Part shown: piece by piece, positions 1 to 12,871 of the stretch
Numbering within the stretch: the first letter of the stretch is position 1
How the letters are laid out: the number at the start of each line of letters is the position of its first letter
DNA from: the human T2T-CHM13v2.0 reference genome, Homo sapiens
Direction: 5' to 3' (one strand)
Assembly: GCF_009914755.1 (NCBI RefSeq)
Contig: NC_060926.1
Length of the DNA: 64,000 nucleotides
The notes under the pieces: model-generated
What the model saw: only the letters and a program-made list of their open reading frames with translations
Told to the model about the DNA's origin: nothing
Databases searched by the model: none
Made by a program: the position numbers and the translations under genes

Positions 1-103
1 AAGGCATAGCTTCATTGCTGGCTCTCTGCTTGTCGAAAGATGATGTGATGCTGAAGTCAAGGCTATAGTCACAGATGTCCTTTTGGTTGCTTCTTGTGCA
101 CAG

Positions 104-257
104 GTGCTAGTATTGTCTCAAGACTATGGCAAACACTTACTTGGTGTGGAAGACCTGTTACAGAAGCACACCCTGGTTGAAGCAGACATTGGCATCCAGG
201 CAGAGCGGGTGAGAGGTGTCAATGCCTCCGCCCAGAAGTTCGCAACAGACGGGGAAG
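104..257 (+). CDS. SPTBN1: beta-II spectrin coding exon (window exon 1; gene begins upstream of the window)
   Basis: cag|GTGCTA...GGGGAAG|gtaagg; encodes [22 protein letters not shown]...ATDGE, spectrin repeat. Confidence 0.97.
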
Positions 258-939
258 GTAAGGATGGCCCATTCCAAGCATTACCTCCGGGTCACCAGAG
301 ATTCATATTTATAGAAACACAGTGGGGCTTTTGAAGTTACTGTGCCACTATACATTCCTGGTGGGTTTGTCATGGGAGCATGAAATACGGTGGAGTGGCC
401 TTCTGAACACTAACTCCATCTTGTTTTTCTGGAATTGATACATCCTTTCCTTAAATACGCAAATGCTGCCTTTGCTTTGAGTGGCTTGGTGTTTGGCAGT
501 GAGACTTTGTCATACCTCAGTCTCTCTGGCCATGCACCGACACCCTGGTGTGGCTGTTCCAGCAGCTCCTGGCTTTCACAGCTGGTTGCATATACCTCTC
601 TTTGGAGGATGTTTAGAATGATTTGGTTATGCTTCGTGTATTTCTAGAAACAATTATATGCAGCTGCCTTTTTCATATGATTCAAGTGCTTTCTTGCAGG
701 AGGATGATCACTTTGTCTGCGGTTTGGCCAAAAAAAAATAATGTTTATCATTGCCCTCACTCCTGTTCTAGTCAAGTTGTTAGAAGGTGCTCCATTGCCT
801 TATCGCATGGCCCTGCATTTACATTTAGCAGTGAGCTGGTAATCATAAGAATATGGGGTGTAGCTTACTGCCTGCCAGTGAGCCTGCACCCATGCTGAGC
901 TCCCTCACACAGCCACGTTCCTTCCTTGATGTTAAACAG

Positions 940-1810
940 GTTACAAGCCCTGTGACCCCCAGGTGATCCGAGACCGCGTGGCCCACATGGAGTTCTGTTA
1001 TCAAGAGCTTTGCCAGCTGGCGGCTGAGCGCAGGGCCCGTCTGGAAGAGTCCCGCCGCCTCTGGAAGTTCTTCTGGGAGATGGCAGAAGAGGAAGGCTGG
1101 ATACGGGAGAAGGAGAAGATCCTGTCCTCGGACGATTACGGGAAAGACCTGACCAGCGTCATGCGCCTGCTCAGCAAGCACCGGGCGTTCGAGGACGAGA
1201 TGAGCGGCCGCAGTGGCCACTTTGAGCAGGCCATCAAGGAAGGCGAAGACATGATCGCGGAGGAGCACTTCGGGTCGGAGAAGATCCGTGAGAGGATCAT
1301 TTACATCCGGGAGCAGTGGGCCAACCTAGAGCAGCTCTCGGCCATTCGGAAGAAGCGCCTGGAGGAGGCCTCCCTGCTGCACCAGTTCCAGGCAGATGCT
1401 GATGACATTGATGCCTGGATGCTGGACATCCTCAAGATTGTCTCCAGCAGCGACGTGGGCCACGATGAGTATTCCACACAGTCTCTGGTCAAGAAACACA
1501 AGGACGTGGCGGAAGAGATCGCCAATTACAGGCCCACCCTTGACACGCTGCACGAACAAGCCAGCGCCCTCCCCCAGGAGCATGCCGAGTCTCCAGACGT
1601 GAGGGGCAGGCTGTCGGGCATCGAGGAGCGGTATAAGGAGGTGGCAGAGCTGACGCGGCTGCGGAAGCAGGCACTCCAGGACACTCTGGCCCTGTACAAG
1701 ATGTTCAGCGAGGCTGATGCCTGTGAGCTCTGGATCGACGAGAAGGAGCAGTGGCTCAACAACATGCAGATCCCAGAGAAGCTGGAGGATCTGGAGGTCA
1801 TCCAGCACAG
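940..1810 (+). CDS. SPTBN1: beta-II spectrin exon 2 (871 nt, spectrin repeats)
   Basis: aaacag|GTTACAAG...CACAG|gtgagc; (G)YKPCDPQVIRDRVAHMEF...LEVIQH; matches ORF 963..1814. Confidence 0.97.
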
Positions 1811-1898
1811 GTGAGCGGGGCGCTGGTCAGCCACTGGCCTGTTCCTTGTGACCACCAGTGGCCCAGGAGGTGACCACCCTGTCAAATTGCCATTTCAG

Positions 1899-2036
1899 AT
1901 TTGAGAGCCTAGAACCAGAAATGAACAACCAGGCTTCCCGGGTTGCAGTGGTGAACCAGATTGCACGCCAGCTGATGCACAGCGGCCACCCAAGTGAGAA
2001 GGAAATCAAAGCCCAGCAGGACAAACTCAACACAAG
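1899..2036 (+). CDS. SPTBN1: beta-II spectrin exon 3
   Basis: tttcag|ATTTGAG...ACAAG|gtgagc; (R)FESLEPEMNNQASR...DKLNT. Confidence 0.97.
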
Positions 2037-2861
2037 GTGAGCACGTGGCCAGCAGTGTGCCAGCCTCCCACGTGTGGGACTGGGGAGGGTGAGGTCACTC
2101 ATCGAGCTTTGCTGTTGGGAATTTCCCACATGGGGTCATCGACATTGCAACACTGATGTCATGGCATTGGCACCTGCCTTTTGACATGTCCTTGTTTTGT
2201 AAGAAGTGTCTCTCAGGGCAACATCATTGGTTGCAGGAGGATTATCTGAGTCAGCCCAGCATCTGCCCCTCGCCACACCAAAGTTAGGGCCTTGGTTTGA
2301 CCTGTGTCCAGTGTAGAAGGTATTAAGATGACACCTGTGCTATCCATTTTATAGTAACTTCAGGAACAGGACTCTAGCATGTTTAACACTTAATTTGCCA
2401 ATGAAAGTCCTGATTGTCAGGGCAGACCTTTGTTCCAGTCTTATCTTTCTGTTGAGTAAACATGTTTGAGTAGGTTATGGCACCTGGCCCCAGTTTTGAA
2501 GGTTACCATCAGTCTTAGATTTGGAAAACGTTCATTAGGTAGAGTTCAGAGATGTGTAAAATGTGTCACAGACATGAATTAATTGACTCTGGGAATGGAT
2601 ATCTTGTAATTGCTCACATTGGAGCTCTGTAACACATTCCTCTTCGTGACAGGCTTTTTCCAGATTACATTGCATCCCTGAGCTATTTCCATTATATTTG
2701 GTGTTCACAGTTTGAGTGAGATGATTTTCCAAAAAAGCATGTAGTCAAAGCACAGATGGAGAAAACAGATAAGCAGCATTAACCCATCACTGTTCCTTTT
2801 GCAATCCAGCCATGGTCAGTCTTCCCTTTTTCACACTCGCTGTCTGCCCCTGCACTCACAG

Positions 2862-3618
2862 GTGGAGCCAGTTCAGAGAACTGGTTGACAGGAAGAAGGA
2901 TGCCCTCCTGTCTGCCCTGAGCATCCAGAACTACCACCTCGAGTGCAATGAAACCAAATCCTGGATTCGGGAAAAGACCAAGGTCATCGAGTCCACCCAG
3001 GACCTGGGCAATGACCTGGCTGGCGTCATGGCCCTGCAGCGCAAGCTGACCGGCATGGAGCGGGACTTGGTGGCCATTGAGGCAAAGCTGAGTGACCTGC
3101 AGAAGGAGGCGGAGAAGCTGGAGTCCGAGCACCCCGACCAGGCCCAGGCCATCCTGTCTCGGCTGGCCGAGATCAGCGACGTGTGGGAGGAGATGAAGAC
3201 CACCCTGAAAAACCGAGAGGCCTCCCTGGGAGAGGCCAGCAAGCTGCAGCAGTTCCTACGGGACTTGGACGACTTCCAGTCCTGGCTCTCTAGGACCCAG
3301 ACAGCGATCGCCTCGGAGGACATGCCAAACACCCTGACCGAGGCTGAGAAGCTGCTCACGCAGCACGAGAACATCAAGAACGAGATCGACAACTACGAGG
3401 AGGACTACCAGAAGATGAGGGACATGGGCGAGATGGTCACCCAGGGGCAGACCGATGCCCAGTACATGTTTCTGCGGCAGCGGCTGCAGGCCCTGGACAC
3501 TGGATGGAACGAGCTCCACAAGATGTGGGAGAACAGACAAAATCTCCTATCCCAGTCACATGCCTACCAGCAGTTCCTCAGAGACACGAAGCAAGCCGAA
3601 GCCTTTCTTAACAACCAG
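2862..3618 (+). CDS. SPTBN1: beta-II spectrin exon 4 (757 nt)
   Basis: cacag|GTGGAGC...AACCAG|gtaagg; (R)WSQFRELVDRKKD...AEAFLNNQ. Confidence 0.97.
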
Positions 3619-3936
3619 GTAAGGTTTGTTCCTGCCTTTGCTTCCTTTCGGTGAAAGCAGCCCTGGCTGCCTTTTGAAATGTTTTGGCTGGGGCAGCTGG
3701 TTTAAACCACACCTGTATGGAATTATATGGATAATTTAGAGACTGATTTTTTTTTCCCCATACTCTTAAGGCATTGAAATCCATCACGTTGTAGGGGACA
3801 GGAATTGAAAGTTGCCATAAGAGCTGCTTTGCCTTACAAAGTACTGTTTGATTTCAACTGCCATTGAGGATCTCTTATGTGTTCATAGTATGTCTTCATA
3901 ATTGAGGTATTGATCCAATTTAAAAGATACAGTGAG

Positions 3937-4105
3937 GGCCAGGCATGATGACTCACTCCTGTAATCCCAGCTCTTGGGGAGGCTGGGACAGGAGAATCAC
4001 TTGAGCCCAGCAGGTCAAGGGTGAAGTTAGCCGTGATCGTGCCACTGCACTCCAGCCTGGTGGCAGGGTGAGACCCTGTCTCTTAAAAAAAAAAAAAAAA
4101 AAAAA
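3937..4105 (+). mobile_element. Alu monomer (FRAM-like or recombined monomer) with A21 tail
   Basis: GGCCAGGCATG...TGTAATCCCAGC...CACTGCACTCCAGCCTGG...A-tail; degenerate TSD AAAAG(A)TAC(A/G)GTGAG. Confidence 0.85.
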
Positions 4106-4572
4106 GTACGGTGAGGATTTTTTTTTTTCTTGAGACCAGTCTGTCTTCTTGCTCTAGAAGGGTCAGGGACTTCACCTGAGGACACAAAGTAGAGATTAGA
4201 GAAATAAAAACAGCTGAGGATAGTCACCAACTTCAGGGCTGTTACTGTCTCAAAGAGAGAGTATGAAGGGTACATTGCTGTTGCCTTGATAGGCACGTGA
4301 GAGGACCCTTGAGGCTGATACACAAAGCTTTGGTTCCTTTCCTCACTCTCTTTGGAAAAAAAAATTTAGAGCATTAACCCCTGAGGGAAATTCGGTCAGT
4401 TACAGTGTCCCACTGGGTTTTTTTCCTCCTAACTTTTAATTTGATGTGATTTAATTATTTCATGTAAGTGTAATGAAGAAAGTGTTGTGAACTATGTTGC
4501 ACGGAAATGTAGAACACAGGAAAATGAGATCCTTCATTGATCTGCTATGATTTGTTCCTCTTTTTAAATAAG

Positions 4573-4775
4573 GAGTATGTTCTGGCTCACACTGAAATGC
4601 CTACCACCTTGGAAGGAGCTGAAGCAGCAATTAAAAAGCAAGAGGACTTCATGACCACCATGGACGCCAATGAGGAGAAGATCAATGCTGTGGTGGAGAC
4701 TGGCCGGAGGCTGGTGAGCGATGGGAACATCAACTCAGATCGCATCCAGGAGAAGGTGGACTCTATTGATGACAG
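4573..4775 (+). CDS. SPTBN1: beta-II spectrin exon 5
   Basis: aataag|GAGTAT...GACAG|gtacag; EYVLAHTEMPTTLEGAE...DSIDD; AAG acceptor. Confidence 0.95.
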
Positions 4776-5415
4776 GTACAGTTTTCTGAGGTTCTTAAGG
4801 GAGCCTTGCACCTTGGGGCTCTCAAACTTCTGAATCATTGGCCAGAAGCCCTTGGGAGTTTAGGTATAAATTTCCCAGTGGGCAGAATATGGGTGCCCAG
4901 CAGAAGTTCATCTACCCATACAGAAAATTAGTGAGCTGTGCATGACTGCCTGAGAATGTGGGTCTGGTGAGACATGTACAAGTGTCCACAAAAGGAAAGA
5001 AAGCCTGAGAAGCCAAGCTAATTCTTAACCGAGGACCTGTAAGAGCCGTAGTGCTGCATCGCGATCAGGTGTAAGCCATGCCCTTTGAGGATTAACACAC
5101 GCTTGTGTCACCTGATAGGACCCCTGGCGCCAGGTATTCCCAGCCAAGCCCGTGTTCCCCTTCATCCATGAGAAAGAAGCCTGTCAGGAGAGTGGGAAGG
5201 GAGGGTGAAGCTTGCTTGTTCTGAGTACCTGGCAAAGCTACAAAGGAACATTACCTGGACTTTTTTAGAAAATTGGCTTGGATAGTGCTGTAATAGGATC
5301 TTTTTCATGATGGAGAGGTAAATAAGAGCAAAGGTTATTTTCCTCTTCTGCCAGGGCATCTCCAGGATTGGATACACTTTCTTCATTTCTTGTTTAAAAT
5401 TATTTTTTTATTTAC

Positions 5416-5458
5416 GTGTGTGTGTGTGTGTGCGTGTGTGTGTCTGTCTGTCTGTCTG
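5416..5458. repeat. (TG)n(TCTG)n microsatellite
   Basis: Read directly from the sequence. Confidence 0.95.
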
Positions 5459-8400
5459 AAAGATTTCCTCCCCGGCTGGAGGCCAGTGGACTCTGTTTGA
5501 CCCTAACTCTTTGACTCACTCCTTACTCTTGCCTTGCCCCGGTTACTTAAGTTGGAGGTTGGGGCAGATCAGGGGTTGGATGCACTAGCACAGGCCAGTC
5601 TGGGCCAGCCACTGGATCAATCACTAGCCCCTGTTCCAGTTTGGGTTGAATTTAAGGGCTTGCTGTGAGACTGATGTAATCAAAAAACAAGCCCTTCCTT
5701 TCTGCCTCTCTTCTGGCCTTCAAGTGTGTTGGAAAGGAAAAATATTCCTTTGCTTACCACATCTGAGAGGGTTTCCTGGGACCCCTGGTCAGGTTGACTT
5801 AAAATAAGATGGGTGGAGAGGGGATTACTCTGTTTCCAATAAAGATTGAGCTCCTGTCTTTACCACTTCCAATCTTTTTTTCTGAGCTGATTCCCAGGCT
5901 GAACTATATGTTCTAGGGTGGTATTGTGGAATAGAGAATAACTTATGTTAATTATAATTTTGTATCTGTTGCTTTTAAAACAGCTGCAAAAAAGAAAAAT
6001 AAATCCACCAAACCCTCCTTAAATGAGCATGAGAAACAGCAATTGGGCAAAGCATTCATAACCTAGGGAAAAAGAATTTCCTTTTTTTGTAATATTAACT
6101 CTGAGTATTTTGTAAATAAGATATCCTATGTACTTCCATGTTAGATGCACACAGCTGGTTTCCTGCAGGCGGGCTTGGCTGTTAGGGATGTGTGCATTCA
6201 GGCAGGCATGCAGCTGCCTTGCTGCTTCCTCGGTTTCTTTTTATGTCCCCAGTGCTGCAACTGCACAAAGCTGTTGGAAGCAGATGATGCTGTCTAGACT
6301 CCTGGATATGATAAAACGTTTCAGCAGCAGCAGCCCTCAGTTGTGGCTTAACCTTCATTTTGCCCTTGACCAAGAGCCTGGGCTACTGGTGTTCCAGAGC
6401 TTCCTTAGGATTCCTCAGTTTTAAAAATGAAACGTAAAGATAACCCTGTACTATCAATAAGCATAATAAAGATGGAAGGAGGGAGCTTTCCGATGACCTG
6501 CCATCAGGAGAACTACATTTTCTTATTTTTCTCCATTGATGTTAACTGAATTCTGATTTCACTTTAATATCCCCAGAGGCCCACAGAATTGAAACTGACC
6601 CTAGAGGGTACTTGTCAGTTATGAAAACACACACATCTGTGAGTTCCAGGTGCTGTAGGAGCACAAACTAAGTAAACATCTAAACCTTCAGATATAATCC
6701 CCGCTCCTCGAAACATCCTGACACTGTGGTGAAGCGATTCTCCTAGAATGTAAAGTCATTATAATGTGCTTACGTTCAGGAAGTTTCCTGAGTTGTTGAA
6801 AGAGTACCAGAACAAAGACACTGACTCTAACAGATGTGGGTGGGGCATGAGTGGCCTTCAAAGTGCCTGTGAGTGGGAAGAGACTGTCCTCAGCCTGCCC
6901 CAGGGGATGTGAACAGGGAGGGAGGGAGCTCCTGACCAAGAGGGAAATTCCAGCCACAGCACAGTTCATGGGGAGCAAGGAACAGTATCCAGCTTCATAA
7001 AGCAAGACCCTGTCTCACACCGGAAAACAGGCTCAGAAGTTACCCAGCTGTTTCACTCAGGCACCTGGGGTTCTTGACTATTCACAGAAACCAGAACACC
7101 CGCATCTGCTTCATGTGATGAGGGAGCTTTTTTGAGTCTTATTACAGGGAGAGAAAGTGAGAGATGGAAAAGCACTCTTTAAGACTGTGGAAACTACTCC
7201 CTAGTTTTAAAAGGTCCTTCTCAGGCCCTTCCCTGTAATTGAATCCGTGATCCAACATGGAGAGAATTTCCTGAGTTTCACTTCCCACGAATGATGTCCG
7301 TTGCACTAGTAAACCATTAAGCCACACTCACTTCTTTTAAGCGTCTTCTGAGTCAGCGGCAGTCCCAGATGCCTGTGTGGCTGTGTTTCACACCACACGA
7401 AGGCCGTTGTCACACCTGCGCATAGATCGGTGTCATTTGGACATGTGACTCTAAATCCTTGCCTCTTTCTTCCCATCTTGATGGTCCCACTATAGGAGAA
7501 AGGCTGCCTGGGCCGGTAACTGCCGGGCATGCATGAGAGTTGATTATATAAGAAATACATTCAGGATTCTGTATGGTCATATTTCTCCCTTAATGAATCT
7601 TTCCAGTGTTTGAAGTTACTTTCATTTCTGTTATTTCCGTGAGAGGCGAGGATGTGTGTCCTGTTGTTAATTTCCAGTATCTGGGATTCTTCCCTGCCAC
7701 TGTAGGACTTCAATGAGATGCCATGCCAAAGGGAATGGAATCCTTTATCCCTTTGACTACTGGCAGGACTCCTGCATTTGTCACTAAACTCCAACTCATA
7801 TTATCTCCTTTCTAAAGATTTGCGTTCTTGAACTCCCCTAGAAATAGAACTGGAATTTGAGGGAAGGGAATTTCCTTTTGACATTCCTAACCCATCCACA
7901 TTCTTAGATGACTAATTCTTTTTAGCCCAAATTCACTAACAATCTTTTATTTTTTTAAATTTAATTTTGGTTTCTGATGATAGATGGCAATGGCATAAAA
8001 TGTCTCTGGCCTTTATTATTTTTTGTTGTTGTAAAAGCAGTAAATGTCTGACATTTTCAAGGGGAAAACTACTGCCCTTAATCCCATCTGTAGCATATGC
8101 CATTTAAGTGTTTGCTTTCTAACCCATGCCTTGGAGTTTTATATCATTTAATATGTATAAACTATTTTCATTTAGCATTATAGTATAATTATTTTTCTAC
8201 GTTTGCATTTTGCCTATGTGGTATAAGCATATTAAGATCCCTTTTCCTGATGCTATGGAACTCCTTTCAACTTAAAAAAATTAAAAAGGCATTATTTGTG
8301 TCTAACATATGCCTAATGATATTTTTATTTACAATAATTGTATGTAATACTGTAATTTACATAATATAAATTATATATGATGTTATAACATGTAAATATG

Positions 8401-9719
8401 TATAATTTCTACTGTTCTGTAGCCACTGGTACCTGCAGGAGCTATAGGGGCAGAGGGCTTTTCCCTTTGATTCTCCAGGCAGACAATGGCTATGACACTG
8501 CATTGTCAGCAGCCACTGAGGGCCCGTGTGGTGCATGCATCTCTACTCTAAGATCTTTCTTTCTCCTGGGGAAGTTTCTTCAGACACCGGTCAGCAGCAC
8601 GTGTTCACCAAGCTGCTCTTACTCAGCGTGTTGGAGAATCCAAGGCTATGTGTTCTTCCTCATCCCTGCCTCAGGGTTTGGTGGATAGAGGAGAGACCTT
8701 GTGCAGGCACAGGCAGAGAGAAATTGCTCTAAGAATCGAATGAAAACCCAGCTCTCCTCAGTTGCACTCTGCCTTTATCCATCTTAATACCCTGAATATA
8801 GACTGGCTTTCTTGTTTAGGCAACTCAGGAGTATCAAGGAAGTGTATGTGTGGCAGTGCTTTTGAATCCTCAGTGGGTCCTCCCCTATTGGAAATGAAGC
8901 TCTCCGCTATTGTAGTGGAGCCACTGGAAGGCAATCCTTTGCTAGGCATTCACGCTGCTATTTCTCAGTTTCCAGTCTCTAAGCCACTGGGTGCATGAAG
9001 GAAGTTTGCCAAAGAGTGCTGGCACCTTCACAGCAGATGGGGAAGGAGCCAAGTAGGGAGCGAGCACCCCCTTTACCTTAGCGTTTACCAAATTCAGCAG
9101 CTCTTTCCAGTTCTTACAAGTTATTTATTTAAGGTTTTGTGTTTTAACTTCTTTGAGCTTTAGTTACCCTTATCAATTGATTAAAAGTGGGATTGAGTTA
9201 GTATATAGTCTTACAGGTCTAAAAATTTTCATTCCTTTTTGTTGTATTTTTGGTGAGTTTTTTTCAAGATGAGAAACTCTTTATCAGGAAACATTTGTTT
9301 AAAGCCAGTTACATGATTATATATATTTTCTTAGCCTTGTATGTGTCACCCAGTTATGAGCTTCTTGAAAATAAGTTTCCACTTCTCCCCCGGTGCCTAA
9401 AATAAGGACTTGTACAAAGCGTGTGCTCATATTTTTTTCTTAACACCAGATTAGGAAGCAACAAATTTGTATAGATCATTTGACAGTATGTTCGGCCTGT
9501 TGTGTGGTTTGGGCAGATTTTTGGGTCTCTCTGGGACCATGGCTTACTCCTTTGGAGGATGCTAAAATCTCTTTATCTTGTCTCCTTCACATTATTGAGA
9601 ACTGCAAGCAAACTCTTTTTAGCATAGTTAGGAATTCAGGAAATAAATTGATTTGTATTCTGTATTTCAAGATTCTCTACTTCCTTTTTTAAAAATTATT
9701 TTTGTTACCATTCTAATAG

Positions 9720-9810
9720 ACATAGGAAGAATCGTGAGACAGCCAGTGAACTTTTGATGAGGTTGAAGGACAACAGGGATCTACAGAAATTCCTGCAAGA
9801 TTGTCAAGAG
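9720..9810 (+). CDS. SPTBN1: beta-II spectrin exon 6 (not in the ORF track)
   Basis: aatag|ACATAGG...CAAGAG|gtatgt; (R)HRKNRETASELLMRLKDNRDLQKFLQDCQE; phase fits both neighbours. Confidence 0.95.
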
Positions 9811-10034
9811 GTATGTTACTCTTTAATCCCTCTATTCCTGTGTTCCAGTAATAGCAATTGCCAGCCAGCATTTAGCACAAGAGCCTTTTGAATTATAAAA
9901 TTAATGAAACCAGAAATCCATAGCACCCATTTGACTCGCAGGCAGGGATACGTGGCACTTCATCAGTTCTCCAGCCTACAAGGTACAGCTTAATTAGATC
10001 ATTATAATCTAGACTATTATATTAATAGTATAGT

Positions 10035-10258
10035 ACTGCACTGTTCATTACAGTAGACACCAGCCACAATGTCTTTATGGTTGGTTGGCTATTTCATTTT
10101 AAATTAACTATAATTACATAAAACTAAGAGCGTGGTTCTTCCATCACTAGCTGTATTTTAAGTGCTCAGTAGCCAACTTTGACTAGTGGCTACCATGTTG
10201 GACAACACAGATATAGAACATTTCTGTCGTCAAAGGAAGTTGTATTGGATATTGATGT
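10035..10258 (-). mobile_element. MER3-like hAT-Charlie MITE
   Basis: AAGTGCTCAGTAGCCA...CTAGTGGCTACCATGTTGGACAACACAGATATAGAACATTTC resembles the MER3 reverse complement. Confidence 0.7.
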
Positions 10259-12228
10259 CCTAGAATATTGTGCAACCTAGAAGTATTTAGTGTCATGCTT
10301 TCACTCTTTAAAGCAATGTACATTTCAATGATATGGAAGGAAAGAACTAAAGGGAACTGAAACTGGCTACCAAGTAAGAAGCAGAGATTTTCAAAAGACA
10401 AATTAGTTTCTTATTCGCTTAAGACCTTCATCTATCCATCTTTCAGGCTGTTCCCATGTGTATCTAACATGCAAAGAGCAGTAATGCTGATTCCAAGCAC
10501 CAAGTTTTAATGTGGCATTAATCTGATGATCATTGTACTATTTCATGCTCTTCTGATACATGCACAAACTTTGAAAACTAAAGTTGGCCAGAAAAAAGTA
10601 GTTTCTCTGCACGCTAGTTGGAGAATAGTATCTAGCTGATTTCACGTGTGAGTTCGTGAGCACACCATATTTCTCTGTCTGCCGGAGAATAACAGACTCA
10701 GCCCTCTCTGGTTTATTAAAATAAAAATCCTCAGGCAAAAATGGGGTGAGGAATATCCACAAAAAGCTGCAGGAACCTTGATGGGGCTAAGAGTATGGGG
10801 GTAGAATCAGGTCATACGCTGGGAATACAACTTCAATCATCACAGACACCCTGCATGCAAATGTGTGACTGTGCATTAAAAGAAATACGGCTCCAGTGAC
10901 AGCTGCGTTAGATCACGTATGACAGAAGCAATCCTTTGCATCCGTTAAACTGCTGTCTTACTGTAAATCTTGTAATATGCTCTTGCAGCAAAACCTTAAG
11001 AAGGAAAGCCCCTAAACTATGAAGCTTAGGGTCTGTCAACTTTAAGCACCACATTGATGAATCTAGGTCTCTGGGGGATTTGCCCGGAGCCAGACAGGCT
11101 GAAGACAGGAGTGCCTCTTCTAAGTGACACGCAAGCATTAGTAACCCATTTGAGTAGGATACTCACTTACAGAGGCATTCATGTGCCAAGACAGGGCATA
11201 GAAGAGAGTAATGGGATCTAAAGTTAGCTATGTGGAGTTGCCTAGTGTGCTGCGGTAATACCAGTTGCCATTTTTCACTGGAGGGAGTAAAAGGGATGAA
11301 GAGGTGTTTGTAGCTTGGGCTGGGCCTTCCACAGATTGGTAGTCCCTGTTTCACCTTGAGAAACCATCTGTGACTCCCTGTAACCTCAGCCCATATTCCT
11401 GGGGGTAGGGGGTTCAATGGGATCCCACACTCCTGCTTTTAAAGGGCAAGTTAGTAAGATGAAATTCATTTACCTAACCATGGTAAAGCTCAGTTTAAAT
11501 CTAAGAAAAAGAAGACCAGGGAGTGAGCAATGAGTGGCCAGGGGAACCCTTGAGAGAAACCTATTTGTATTTGAAATTTCCAGTCTCTTATTTTCCACTG
11601 ACATATGTCGATTTCGTTAAGTAGACATGTATGGGAAAAGTAAGTAGATAAAGTTACGGTTCTTCCCGATAGAATCACAGGAAATGGTCAGTCTTAATAG
11701 GTCTTTAGATCTTTGTTTCCACTTGCTCTAAATGAGCATCCCTGGTTATGAGGAGTTCTCTCCTCCACACACACCTTGGCTGAGTTCCAGTGATTATGAG
11801 GCATGCCCAGGGGCTCTGTCTTCTGTGACTTCTCCTCAAAGGACACAGGAAAGTTTGGGTGGGGCTTTTTATGTCCAGGAGATGATTTGCAGATCTCTGT
11901 GTGACTGCTCTGCGAAATCATCCTGGTTTATCCTGTCTTCCCTTGTCCTGCCTGTCTCTCCTTGAGCCACATTAGAAGTTAGTACAGCCATAGTGTCTGT
12001 GGGAGGTGTCGGGTGTCCCACACCAGCATGTATAGTCTCTGCATGGTTGGTGGAATTTAGGTCAAGCTTGGGGGCTCTAAAACACTTGGTATAGTACTAT
12101 AATCAAAAGGGTGATACAGTCATTGGCTATAAACTTTTCCATCATTCAGCCTTATTAAAATACACCCCTTTTAAGCCAGAATCTTTTGAGAATGGCGTTT
12201 GTGTGTGGACCAGCCCTACATTTGATAA

Positions 12229-12871
<643 letters not shown>

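Noticed and set aside
843-3540. Long minus-strand ORFs (843-1268, 1326-1808, 2779-3132, 2931-3392 and others)
   Set aside because: They are antisense shadows of GC3-rich spectrin exons and have no independent gene structure.
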